A stretch of 56,011 bases of DNA from a virus (lineage: Duplodnaviria; Caudoviricetes): positions 1-56,011 of IMG/VR virus record IMGVR_UViG_3300045911_000087; one strand, given 5' to 3'. A model generated the notes under the pieces. It was given only the letters and a program-made list of their open reading frames with translations, did not search any database and was not told where the DNA came from. Both the position numbers and the translations under genes were made by a program. The first letter of the stretch is position 1. Each line of letters starts with the position of its first letter. This document shows, one piece after another, positions 36,366-46,181 of this stretch.

Positions 36366-38723
36366 TTAGAAAGTATCAGCATTCTCACCGAAGCTGCCTG
36401 TACGGTGTACAGAGAACTCGATGAAGATGAATTCTGCGGCTCGAACTGGCTGTACACCGATTCTGGCACGGAATTCGTTGCGGTCAATTACGTCTGGGGT
36501 ATTGAGTTCTTCGTCAGCCTTGATGATGTAGGCGTATATACCACGGCCCACCAAAACTTCTCTCAAGATACCATCTGCAATGTCTCGGAACTTCGAGCGG
36601 AAAATTTCATCATGTGGATCGAAGATCAATACACGGGATGCGGCTCTAATTCTCTTCTCAATGTAGAACATCAAACGTCTTACGTTGACACGATCCAAAG
36701 CTGTCGGTCTACGCTGCAAGGTCTTTTGGCCCCACACCACAAAGCCCTCGAAGTCGTTAAACTGTACAATTGGGTTGATGCAGTTTCTGTAACCATACAT
36801 CAAGTCTCTTTCTTCAAGAGATGGACGGCTATAAACATCTGTAATACCCGGAACTGTACCACGGTTCAAACCAGCAGGAGCAAACCAAGGCTTAGCCAAG
36901 TAATCGTTTCTGGCATATACAGCCATTACCGAACCGGATGGTGGAACCCATACGTCAACTTGGTTGAAGTTGTCACGAATCTTTACCCACGGCCAGTACA
37001 TTGCACCGAAGTCCGAGTCGAATCTTGTGAGATTCAACGGGTGGGTGCCGTTTTGCCATGCGATGATTTCGTTGACCGTCAAACCGAATGGTGGATCAAT
37101 GATCGCCATGCAGTCCATACGGACGTTCTGACATAGATCGAGCAATGCCGTTACTACCGTTGTGCTTGGGTGTCCCGGTACTGCAATCAAGTCAATATCA
37201 ATTTGCTCAGGTTCACTTACTGTGTAAATACCAGTGTAACCTAGTTGTTCACCGATCAAAAGATCGTCTTGCTTATCTGGGTCGGATGGAATACCGTCAG
37301 AACCACCGCTTAGGCTGTATGTTCCGTTTAGTGGACCAGCGCCTTCAGCAGTATTGTCGGATACTCTAATCCAGTCAGATACCAATGCCATGTAGGTTTC
37401 TACATAGAATCGGCTTACAGGGTTCTTGGTTAGGTTGCCCCATGCTTCAAGTTGTACCCCGTTGTTGAATACTTCAATCGTAAAGTTGTTGTCACGAGTG
37501 TTGTTTGTAATTCTTACTTGTGTGCTGTTGCCGTCGATACCGGGGCTGTCAGCAGTTACCGTGAAGGTTACTCTTCCATCTACGTTGTCAGAACCAGTTA
37601 CACGACCAAAGCTCTCTACAGCGGCATCGCCAGTTACACCCAATGGGCTTGTGCCGATTGCGGTTGTGGTTGGGAAACCAAATAGTTGCTCTGCTGTGCT
37701 TGCTGGCTTGATACGGATTCTTGCGTCACGTCCGTGGTGGAGGGTGTAGAATTGGAGGGTTGTACCACCAACTACTGTGCATTCCCAACCGCCCGGTAAT
37801 GCGCCGCCGTTCTCGGCCTTCTGATTGTTAATTTCTTCTGCAACTTCGTTAGCTGTCCAAGAAGCGCCTTCCAAGTCGGCAAGGTCGATGGTCTGAACTA
37901 CGTTGTCAATTGTTACGTTGTCAGTTCCGTCTACCACGATTTGTAGGTTCAAATTGGTCAAACCGGAGAAGTCATAAATACCCGGTGTCTGATAGCCGAC
38001 GTTCGGATACATGGAGTTGGCCGCTGTTACGGAAGCAACTGTCATGCCTGTACCCAAGCCAGTTGGGTTGCCGTCTACTACTGCACCACCGTAGATCGCA
38101 TTCTGAACAGATACGAGTTCGAGTTCAGAGTCAGGACCATAAGCCCAAATGCCCTTTACTCCAAGTGTGTCTGTTGCTGTGATGTAGAATTGAATTCCGT
38201 CATTCTCGAAGTTGAGTTGGTCGTTAAGATCGTCAACAAGCTCGTCTACGTTGTAAGTTCCATCAAGGACTACAAGAGTCTTAACAGACATTACGCCATT
38301 GAGTTTCCAACGGAAGAAGTGGTCGCCATCGAAGGTGTAAGGGCCGGGAGTGTCAGATTCGATCATGATTAGATCGCCTGCTGCCGGTACATCAACCGTC
38401 GCTGTTTCTGCTGCTTCATCACTTACTGGATCGGTGTCCGCAACACGAACGACATACAATTCGTTCGCAACAAGCAAATACTGCTCGGCTGCATAAAGTA
38501 AGTATGGATCACCCACATCTGGGTGTGGATAACCGAAAATTGTATGCAACTGACGACTGGTCGCTACGACTGTAGGCAAATTAACTGGACCTTTGCTTGC
38601 AAAACCAATCAAAGCCGCTCTGTGAAACGACTGCTCAGGAGCAATAAAGCTCAAATCTTTTTCTGTAATTCTAACACTTGGGCTAATCGTATTAGAAGGC
38701 GGGAATCCCCTTAATATCGCCAT
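36366..38723 (-). CDS. Tail sheath protein (gp18-like)
   Basis: SPSVRITEKDLS, KGPVN, PPSG, WFAPAG..RG, INPI, WGQKT, RVNVRRL. Confidence 0.95.
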   Translation of the reverse strand: MAILRGFPPSNTISPSVRITEKDLSFIAPEQSFHRAALIGFASKGPVNLPTVVATSRQLHTIFGYPHPDVGDPYLLYAAEQYLLVANELYVVRVADTDPVSDEAAETATVDVPAAGDLIMIESDTPGPYTFDGDHFFRWKLNGVMSVKTLVVLDGTYNVDELVDDLNDQLNFENDGIQFYITATDTLGVKGIWAYGPDSELELVSVQNAIYGGAVVDGNPTGLGTGMTVASVTAANSMYPNVGYQTPGIYDFSGLTNLNLQIVVDGTDNVTIDNVVQTIDLADLEGASWTANEVAEEINNQKAENGGALPGGWECTVVGGTTLQFYTLHHGRDARIRIKPASTAEQLFGFPTTTAIGTSPLGVTGDAAVESFGRVTGSDNVDGRVTFTVTADSPGIDGNSTQVRITNNTRDNNFTIEVFNNGVQLEAWGNLTKNPVSRFYVETYMALVSDWIRVSDNTAEGAGPLNGTYSLSGGSDGIPSDPDKQDDLLIGEQLGYTGIYTVSEPEQIDIDLIAVPGHPSTTVVTALLDLCQNVRMDCMAIIDPPFGLTVNEIIAWQNGTHPLNLTRFDSDFGAMYWPWVKIRDNFNQVDVWVPPSGSVMAVYARNDYLAKPWFAPAGLNRGTVPGITDVYSRPSLEERDLMYGYRNCINPIVQFNDFEGFVVWGQKTLQRRPTALDRVNVRRLMFYIEKRIRAASRVLIFDPHDEIFRSKFRDIADGILREVLVGRGIYAYIIKADEELNTPDVIDRNEFRARIGVQPVRAAEFIFIEFSVHRTGSFGENADTF

Positions 38724-38727
38724 AGTC

Positions 38728-38949
38728 TTATTCTCCCTTTCGTAACTTATTTGGTACTTGTTTTACGGAAATCAATCCTGATTTTTCTGCTCTATCTATA
38801 TAGTCAGTTGCTCTTTCATCTTCTAAGTAATAAATGTTTTTTTCCGAACCAATGCCCGGCACGTTTAATACGGTGAAGGATCGAGGAGTCTTTCTTGACC
38901 TAATAACTAGCTGAACTGGAAATCTGTTCTTGTTTCTAATCTCTAACAT
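38728..38949 (-). CDS. Small hypothetical protein upstream of the sheath
   Basis: 73-aa ORF packed between structural genes. Confidence 0.6.
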   Translation of the reverse strand: MLEIRNKNRFPVQLVIRSRKTPRSFTVLNVPGIGSEKNIYYLEDERATDYIDRAEKSGLISVKQVPNKLRKGE

Positions 38950-39926
38950 TCTAGCTCCTTAATGGATTCTTCCAGCCTCGCCAAAACCTCAGTTATTTCT
39001 TCATCTTTTAGACCATCTACAAATTCGATGCGTGTCTTGAGGACCGCCTTCTTCCTTTGTATAGGTTGAGGTATATATGTTTCTGCTGTTAGATTAAATT
39101 CATATTTTATCACTCTAACTGCTTGGTCGCCGGGTTCGTAATCACCGCTATTAGCTATAGAGTCCAGCTTGACAATAACCTCGTAAGGTACGCCTGATAC
39201 TCGTATGTATGCAGTTTGGCTAAATTTTGTGATGATTTGTTCCAATATTTGATTCATGTCTTCGACATAGAGTGTCCAAGCCGTTAGCGTATAGCTAATA
39301 TCTACTGGAATACCTCTCGCAACCCCGAAAACCGTGTCACGATCATATTTTTCTTTAATCGTAAAACCCGGCTTTCCGTCAGGACGGAGATGGTTCATAT
39401 AATCTAAAGCCTTGTGATAGACGTACCTATCCAGATTCATTTGAATATCTGAGTCAACGATTGCCAGCATGGGCAATCGAATACGATCCACTACAAGTGT
39501 TTCGTCTTTTCTTACATTGTCCAACAAAATGGCAGCTACCGCTTTTTCCTGTGTACCCCAAATAATTGGAATAGGGTGGGCCTTCCCATCTTCATCAATT
39601 ACCACCAAATCTCTAAACAGGTCTTGCATTGCGTCATCGCACGCTCTTTTAGATTTGGAATAACGATAAATTGTGTTGCGGTCGGTCCCATCGTTGATAA
39701 TGTGACCCTTTTGCATCGGGTCGCAAAGAGCTTGAGCGCCTAGACCAATCTTCTTGTTTGTTGTATCTTTGAGCCAATTGAGAGACTGATCGTTTACAGC
39801 CCGCTTATTCATCGGGTCTGGATCGTGATCGCAGTATGGCGGTGGAGGATCAAGGTTGGGAACCGATTGGAATCCAACCTCGCACTCGTTCAATGATTTT
39901 TGATTGTGGTTAATTTCGTTGCTCAT
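38943..39926 (-). CDS. Tail terminator / sheath completion protein (gp15-like)
   Basis: PIIWG..EK, RLPML, PVDISYTLTAWT, DMNQILEQI. Confidence 0.8.
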   Translation of the reverse strand: MSNEINHNQKSLNECEVGFQSVPNLDPPPPYCDHDPDPMNKRAVNDQSLNWLKDTTNKKIGLGAQALCDPMQKGHIINDGTDRNTIYRYSKSKRACDDAMQDLFRDLVVIDEDGKAHPIPIIWGTQEKAVAAILLDNVRKDETLVVDRIRLPMLAIVDSDIQMNLDRYVYHKALDYMNHLRPDGKPGFTIKEKYDRDTVFGVARGIPVDISYTLTAWTLYVEDMNQILEQIITKFSQTAYIRVSGVPYEVIVKLDSIANSGDYEPGDQAVRVIKYEFNLTAETYIPQPIQRKKAVLKTRIEFVDGLKDEEITEVLARLEESIKELEC

Positions 39927-39970
39927 TTATCCTTCTCTGCTTAAAATAGATATGTAGGAGAACATCAAAA

Positions 39971-40798
39971 ATGTCCGACTCTATAAGAGTAAAGTACCGC
40001 ACTTGGTATCAAAGTAATCCGCCCAAGCCTATTAAGTTGCAAATTCCCGGCTGGGCGGGCCAAGATCACTCGCCTATGGAGGCGGGAAAAATTCAGCCGT
40101 GGCAGTGTCCGCCTTTTACCGAAGGTAATACTTACGGTTTAGAATTGACCTATCCGTTCGATACCGAGTGCCACATCCGAGTTGTTGATGGACAAATTCG
40201 TTTTGAAGGTGATTTTACAGAAGAGTTGAAAAAGGTTGCCCCATTCAATATTCCCCTTCCACCATTTAAGTCTTTTTCTCCCGGCTATTTCGGTATGACT
40301 TCCTGTCTCGACATAGATGTGCCAGAAGGGTATATTTTACGAATCGAACCACATCCCCGTTTTTATACCGACGATACTTGGACTGTGCCTGCCGCTATGC
40401 CCGGACATATCCAACCACAATGGTGGACTAAAATATTTTTCGTGGTATTTAAGTATCCACGACCGGGGCAAACATATATTTTCAGAAAAGGGGAACCTTA
40501 CGCTCAAGTATTGATATTGCCCAGAAAAGTTTCTTATGACATAAAAGAAATGACGCCCGAAGAAGTCGAAGAGCGACAGAAGAGAGATTGGCAAATCACT
40601 CAAAACGCCCAGAAAATCTCAAAAAGCGTTAAAACGAGCCACGGGCATGACTTCGATCACAAATATCAAATATTACGAAGCATTTATCTCAAAAAAGGGA
40701 AAGAAGGCGTCAATGAGTTTTTGGATGGACTCGAAAAGAAGAATAGCCCGAAAATTCAGAATAAGTTTATAGTGCGAAAAAAGAAATATGAAGATTAA
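39971..40798 (+). CDS. DUF6065-like protein, paralog A
   Basis: QCPPF..GN.YG, FRKGEPYAQ; clear paralog of 52586-53410. Confidence 0.55.
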   Translation: MSDSIRVKYRTWYQSNPPKPIKLQIPGWAGQDHSPMEAGKIQPWQCPPFTEGNTYGLELTYPFDTECHIRVVDGQIRFEGDFTEELKKVAPFNIPLPPFKSFSPGYFGMTSCLDIDVPEGYILRIEPHPRFYTDDTWTVPAAMPGHIQPQWWTKIFFVVFKYPRPGQTYIFRKGEPYAQVLILPRKVSYDIKEMTPEEVEERQKRDWQITQNAQKISKSVKTSHGHDFDHKYQILRSIYLKKGKEGVNEFLDGLEKKNSPKIQNKFIVRKKKYED

Positions 40799-40935
40799 AC
40801 TTTACACCAAATTGACGAAACGGAACCTACAGGTAAATCCGTTTATTATTTTGCCACTTCCCTTACCCAAACCCAAGATTCCGTTTCGTCTTTTTTTGGA
40901 TGTTCATATGCCAAATTTATATCAGTCACCCAAGG

Positions 40936-41361
40936 TTATTGTTGAGGTTGCTGAGCCGGTTGCTGCCCCGCTTGAGGTTGAGCCGGTTGCTGAGCCGGTT
41001 GCTGGCCCGCTTGTGCTTGCGGTGCCGCTGGCTTAGGTGCCGCTGCCGCTTGCTGCCCTTGTGCCGACAACATCGGGTTCTTTCCTAGTTCTTCAAATGT
41101 CTTCTTCAAATTTTGGTCTTGGATTTGTGGAACCAACTTTTGAATTTGTGGCCATAACTTCTTAATTTCTTCTACAGCTTTATCATTGGCCGGTTGAGCC
41201 GTACCTTGGCCTTGTGCCTGTGGCGGCTGTTGTGCTTGCGGCTGTCCGGCAGGAGCGGGTTGCCCACCAGCAGGAGCAGGCTGTGCAGGAGCGCCCGCAG
41301 TATTCTCACGAATACGCCGTTCCTGATTCATTTTTTTGTAAAAATCGTAAAAAGATGACAT
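40936..41361 (-). CDS. Gln/Pro/Ala-rich protein with capsid-targeting-like N-terminus
   Basis: MSSFYDFYKKMNQERRIRE; TAAATA and SD upstream. Confidence 0.65.
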   Translation of the reverse strand: MSSFYDFYKKMNQERRIRENTAGAPAQPAPAGGQPAPAGQPQAQQPPQAQGQGTAQPANDKAVEEIKKLWPQIQKLVPQIQDQNLKKTFEELGKNPMLSAQGQQAAAAPKPAAPQAQAGQQPAQQPAQPQAGQQPAQQPQQ

Positions 41362-41386
41362 TCTATTTTCCCCTTTTGTATATTTA

Positions 41387-41926
41387 TTACACAATTTTGA
41401 TTTTTGAATCAGGTTGTTTTTGTGTGACTTTGCCCTCGCCAGTTGTAACGCTTTCTTGGAATCTGCGGCAAATCAGTTCTAATCTTAACGCTCCCCACAT
41501 TTTGAACTCGCCCAAGTTCCTTTGAACTACTTCCCAATTCTCTCGAAGGTGTGGAGTAAACAACCTCGAACCAATTTTGGGTGGATGCCCTATACTTTTA
41601 AGAGTTGCACGATAATTTACTTCAAACTTCATTTCATCTGGGGCGTCGATACCAAATCGAGTTAGCTCATTCTGTGAGGGTATTGGTTCGTAATTACACC
41701 ACAACATGACTGGATTATTGGAGAATAGCTTTCCACGATCTTCCAAATAAAGCGGATCAACAGTTTGTGGTTGAATCAGGACTTCATAGTAATATAAAGG
41801 AGAGCCACCACGTTTGATTGCTTCTTGATCCCAATCGTTAAACAAATCGTGTTCAGGGGCATCAGGATTAAACTGCTGAATGCTACCCGCCAACGTGTAG
41901 GGCGTTCCATCCTGATTTCTTAACAT
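41387..41926 (-). CDS. Neck / head-closure protein (gp14-like)
   Basis: EAIKRGG.PLYYY, DPLYLED, LTRFGI, PKIG..LF.P. Confidence 0.75.
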   Translation of the reverse strand: MLRNQDGTPYTLAGSIQQFNPDAPEHDLFNDWDQEAIKRGGSPLYYYEVLIQPQTVDPLYLEDRGKLFSNNPVMLWCNYEPIPSQNELTRFGIDAPDEMKFEVNYRATLKSIGHPPKIGSRLFTPHLRENWEVVQRNLGEFKMWGALRLELICRRFQESVTTGEGKVTQKQPDSKIKIV

Positions 41927-42885
41927 TACTCTCCTCCGGTTGCTCTCTTGCCTCCTCCGGGTTTCTTTACTCTGTTGAATCTTAAACCTGAAAGAAGACC
42001 TAAATCTTTTCTAGCCTTTTCTGTTGCGGTGCGAATAAGATCAATGATTCTTCCTGCTGTAGAACCACCTACACCCAATTTATCTTGTACATCCTGCCAA
42101 TTTAAAGAAGAAAGCTCTTCTCCTGAAATCATGTCTAATAATCTCAAAGCCTGAACCGTCTTTTGGTCGTCGGCACGTCCTGCCATCGAACGAATCTGAT
42201 CTTTAATGGCATTCATTAAGGTTGTGGCTTCTCCGCTCTCATCGCCCAATGTTCTTACTTCATCATCGTCGCCAGTGTCCATAATGCTGCCACTGCCTAC
42301 AACCGTACCTTTAGTTACGTCTCTATCTCGTCCAATATCGTCTTCCCCCGCACTGCGAGTGCCAGTCTTGATATATGTGTCATATTCCATGCCACGATTT
42401 TTGCCTTTTACTACCTTAGATCGCTGTGAATATCCTTCTGATCTACGACGCAAGGCTGTAACAATAACACTGGTAAACCACCGTCCTTTATCTTCGGGTG
42501 ACTTATCTAAAATCCCCAAGAAAGCCTGACGTGTTGCTCCACATTCATTTGGATCAGCTTCGATTCCCTTTTCAGCTTTTCTTCCCAAGAATTTGCCTTG
42601 AGCCATACACATATAGGCGTCTGTGAGAGCTTCACCCAATACAGTAGCAAAGGCTTCTGTATCACGCTTGAAAACAGACCCGCCGCTACTTGCCGACATT
42701 GCAAGATTGACCCAATTCACGCCAGAAGTTTTGAATAGCGAATCGAATGCGCTATTCCAATGTCCCAACTCACTACTGAGGGATTCATTTAGTTTGTTTT
42801 TGAATTTGAGTTCCGAAATAGCTTCGGTCCACACGTCTCGTAGTTCTACGATTTGGAACCACAAATTAAAGTTCATATTTGCCAT
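41926..42885 (-). CDS. Hypothetical protein with sigma-factor-like features
   Basis: Region-2-like KGRWFTSVIVTALRRR and C-terminal HTH LNWQDVQDKLGVGGSTAGRII. Confidence 0.45.
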   Translation of the reverse strand: MANMNFNLWFQIVELRDVWTEAISELKFKNKLNESLSSELGHWNSAFDSLFKTSGVNWVNLAMSASSGGSVFKRDTEAFATVLGEALTDAYMCMAQGKFLGRKAEKGIEADPNECGATRQAFLGILDKSPEDKGRWFTSVIVTALRRRSEGYSQRSKVVKGKNRGMEYDTYIKTGTRSAGEDDIGRDRDVTKGTVVGSGSIMDTGDDDEVRTLGDESGEATTLMNAIKDQIRSMAGRADDQKTVQALRLLDMISGEELSSLNWQDVQDKLGVGGSTAGRIIDLIRTATEKARKDLGLLSGLRFNRVKKPGGGKRATGGE

Positions 42886-42933
42886 GATTGTATATATCCT
42901 TCCTACCTTTTTCCGGCGTAGCTGATAATAAAC

Positions 42934-42971
42934 AAAAAAACCTTCTGCCTGTATATAGGCAGAAGGTTTTT
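42934..42971. terminator. Intrinsic terminator, bidirectional form
   Basis: AAAAACCTTCTGCCT-gtatat-AGGCAGAAGGTTTTT. Confidence 0.75.
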
Positions 42972-42997
42972 AAGTTATTGAATTTTAAAGGTCAAAA

Positions 42998-43423
42998 TCA
43001 GTCTAAAGTGACTTTGGGTGTAATAGCAATCTGGCCACCGCCTGCTGGCAACTGGAACGGAGCGCCTGAGAATTTCTCAACCCACAGTAAGTTTCCGCCT
43101 GTTTGGGAAGTTACATAATACCCGTAAACTGTCACTGCCGTCGTGAAAGTAAAGGTCTGTTCACTGTAAACCGCTGTCGTCGTGCCGTTCGTTTGGGTCG
43201 TCGTCCAAGATGAACCCACAAGTGTAATTGGAGCATAACCAGTAGCTCCTACCGCTTCAGTAATAATTGAAGTTGTAATGCTGTCGTTAACAGTTGGATT
43301 ATTGGTGTAAAGTCTAAGAACTCTCTGTCCACCGGCTGGTCCGGCTGTGCCATCTGTTGCCAACATATTGACGAGATATTGCAACATCAGAATTTCAGCA
43401 ACGTCAGGTACTACTAATGCCAT
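42998..43423 (-). CDS. Virion structural protein
   Basis: LRLYTNNP, GYAPITL, TVYGYYV, GNLLWVE; exact TATAAATA upstream. Confidence 0.65.
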   Translation of the reverse strand: MALVVPDVAEILMLQYLVNMLATDGTAGPAGGQRVLRLYTNNPTVNDSITTSIITEAVGATGYAPITLVGSSWTTTQTNGTTTAVYSEQTFTFTTAVTVYGYYVTSQTGGNLLWVEKFSGAPFQLPAGGGQIAITPKVTLD

Positions 43424-43444
43424 ATTTCACTCCTACTTTTCTTC

Positions 43445-43452
43445 TATTTATA
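43445..43452 (-). promoter_or_regulatory. T4-type late promoter TATAAATA
   Basis: Exact match upstream of a structural gene with SD AGGAG. Confidence 0.7.
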
Positions 43453-44204
43453 GTTGTCTCCAATTTTTTTTGAGAAATTTATTTGGTCCTACTTCTATAT
43501 AAATGGAAAAGGAACCACAATGCGAAAATTATCTCAAGGCGAAGTCGAAAGAATCTTTGAAGACCAAGGTTGTAAACTTTTGTCGCAATATAAAGATAGT
43601 AACACTTCGCTAGAATATGTATGCTCTTGTGGCAACAAAGCTAAAAATAACTTGAAGAGATTCAGGTCTGGTGCCAGATGTAAAAATTGTGGCAACCTTA
43701 AAAGTTCCAAAACTAGAGCCTTTGATTATGAGTATATTAGAGAATATTTTGAATCCAATAAATGTACTCTTTTGAGCAATGAATATAAAAATTCTCTAAC
43801 GCCACTTTGGTACAAGTGTTGTTGCGGCAACGTATCAGAAATTACCTTTGTTAATTTTAGGGCTGGTCATCGATGTCGAAAGTGCAGCTTAAAGATAGGC
43901 CCGAAAAACCATAAATGGAATCCCAATAGACAACTTGTTAAAGAAAATGAATCTTTGAGAAAACGATGCTATAATTTATCCATCGGCGGCGTGAAAACCC
44001 CTACTTTTCTCTGAATGAGAAAAGTTAGCCCTGTGTAGGGAGTGAGCGAAGCGAACGACCAAACAGGGCTAACCTCTTTAGGGTAGTGGGATGAGAGCCG
44101 CCATAGTAGAAATTACCTAAAATATGACGCTGATCTAATCTGGTTTCCACTCGTCCAATTAAAAGCCCCATAACAAACAGATCGCCAACCAATTAGAGCG
44201 GCTA

Positions 44205-44614
44205 CTATCCCTGTTCTTCAATATATCGCTTGATTGTCTCGGTGCTTACATCACCAGTTGAACAAGCAAAATAGCCCAAAATGTATGTTCCTTCCAGAAA
44301 TGTCGAGACAAAAACAATCGTCTCATCTTCCATATTCTGTTCGTGGACATACTCTTGAGCCTGTTCGCAATACTGCTGACTGACAATGTAGGCGGATAGT
44401 CGATCAACAGATGGACATGATCTCTGTCACTTTCCATCATATCAATCTGGAAATCGGACTCATTCGCAATGTCAAACAGGATTTGCTTCATGTCTTCATC
44501 AACCTGTTGATTTGCCAGCAATTTCTTGCGATACTTACAGCAAAAGATAACATGCACCTTGAGGAGAAATTTGCAGTGGGAATTACTTTTGTATTTTTTC
44601 TTTTTCTTTGCCAT
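44205..44614 (-). pseudogene. tnpA: IS200-type transposase with 7-nt deletion frameshift
   Basis: HVH present; 7 nt missing near 44275 relative to copy 1; YIEEQG lies in the shifted frame. Confidence 0.9.
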
Positions 44615-44667
44615 TTTTTCACCAGTGAAACACTACTATACTATATCAGATAACAGTATAGGTTTCA

Positions 44668-45822
44668 ATGGTCGATTACACTTACAAGTTTAGGCTCTAC
44701 CCAACAAAGGAACAGGAAACGAAACTCGCCAAACATTTTGGTTGTGTTAGGTTCGTTTACAATCATTTCCTTGATCGTCGGGTGAAGTTCTACCTTGAAG
44801 CCAAAGAACAAGACCTTGAAAAGAAATCGCTGAACTATAATGACGACGCCAGAGAACTAACCTCAATCAAGAAAGAAATCACTTGGCTGAAGGAAGTCAA
44901 TTCGCAATCCTTGCAACACGCACTGAAACACTTGGAGTCTGGCTTCAATCGCTTCTACAAGAAACTGGCTAAGTTTCCACGTTTCAAGAACAGGCGAACC
45001 AAGCAAAGTTTTCGTGTCCCGCAGCATGTTCGAGTTGAAGACAATAAACTTTACATCGTCAAATTCAGAGAAGGCATCAAGGTCAAACTACATCGACCGA
45101 TTGAGGGAAGCATCTGCAACGCCACAATCAGCAAGAACAAGGCTGGTCAATACTTTGTGTGTATAGGAGTGCAACGACATATTGAGAAACATGAACCTAA
45201 TGAAAACCAAGTTGGGGTCGATCTCGGAATCAAAACACTTGTTACATGCTCAGATGGCAGAAGTTTCCCAAATATCAAACCATATCGCACACTTGAGAAG
45301 AAGCGACGTATCCTTGCCAAAGCCTTGTCTCGGACAGTAAAAGGCAGCAATGGTAGGGAGAAAGCACGTCGCAAACTTGCTCGATTGGACTTGAAGATTA
45401 CCAACATCAGAAACAATCACTTGCATAAGGTCAGCCACAAACTCGTTAGTGAGAACCAAACTATCGTGATGGAAGACTTGAACGTGAAAGGTATGTTGAG
45501 CAATCGCAAGTTATCCAAGAGTATTTGGGACTGTTCTTTGTATGAGTTGGTTCGCCAGATAAAATACAAGTGCGAGTGGTATGGTCGAGAGTTTTTGCAG
45601 GTCAGCCGATGGTTTCCATCGAGTAAGACTTGTGGAAGTTGTGGTTACGTCAATGATGGTTTGACGTTAGCTGATAGAGAATGGGTTTGTCCAAGATGTT
45701 CTGTAAAGCATGATCGAGATATGAATGCAGCAAAGAACATCTTGCGACAAGGACTCAATCAAGAAAATAGAACCGTAGGAACTACGGAGATAGCCGATTG
45801 TCTTGGTGTAAGACCTGCTTGA
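44668..45822 (+). CDS. tnpB: TnpB RNA-guided nuclease
   Basis: YKFRLYP, GVDLG, MEDL, CGSC/CPRC, DRDMNAAKNI. Confidence 0.97.
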   Translation: MVDYTYKFRLYPTKEQETKLAKHFGCVRFVYNHFLDRRVKFYLEAKEQDLEKKSLNYNDDARELTSIKKEITWLKEVNSQSLQHALKHLESGFNRFYKKLAKFPRFKNRRTKQSFRVPQHVRVEDNKLYIVKFREGIKVKLHRPIEGSICNATISKNKAGQYFVCIGVQRHIEKHEPNENQVGVDLGIKTLVTCSDGRSFPNIKPYRTLEKKRRILAKALSRTVKGSNGREKARRKLARLDLKITNIRNNHLHKVSHKLVSENQTIVMEDLNVKGMLSNRKLSKSIWDCSLYELVRQIKYKCEWYGREFLQVSRWFPSSKTCGSCGYVNDGLTLADREWVCPRCSVKHDRDMNAAKNILRQGLNQENRTVGTTEIADCLGVRPA

Positions 45823-45897
45823 GTGGGCTACTGATTGGATCGGAAGCCCCGCCGTCTTTAGCGGCGGGGTAGTTCACTACACAGGTCTTTGAAATCA
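45772..45897 (+). ncRNA. TnpB omegaRNA scaffold plus guide (element 2); boundaries approximate
   Basis: Conserved and covarying with the element 1 right end. Confidence 0.7.
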
Positions 45898-46181
45898 TTT
45901 GGAAAGAAAAAAGTATATAAAACAAGTCAAATGTTGGGATTTACTTCAGAGGAACTTCGTGATTGGATAAATCAAGAAAAATTTAAGCAAATTATTCAAG
46001 GTGAGTGGCACTTAGATCATGTATTTCCAATTAAAGCATTTGTTGATTATGGTATTCAAGATTTGAAGTTGATAAATTGTTTAGAAAATTTACAACCTGT
46101 TCCAAAGCAGCACAATCTAAACAAGCAAGGAAAATATTGCAAAAAAGAATTTGAATCTTGGCTTACAAAAAAGAGAATAAA

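Larger units (their letters stand above)
43980..45877 (+). mobile_element. IS200/IS605-family element 2
   Basis: Inserted after TTTAT and ends TTCAC, no target duplication; precise removal restores the host ORF. Confidence 0.95.

Noticed and set aside
40788-41036. 82-aa + strand ORF
   Set aside because: Its 3' part is the antisense of a Q/P/A repeat gene and it has no motif; it cannot be supported, though it is not excluded.
43980-44204. IStron (group I intron fused to IS605)
   Set aside because: The left end is only about 225 nt, I see no group I core, and the element ends in C rather than the terminal G. Element 1 is also antisense to its host gene.
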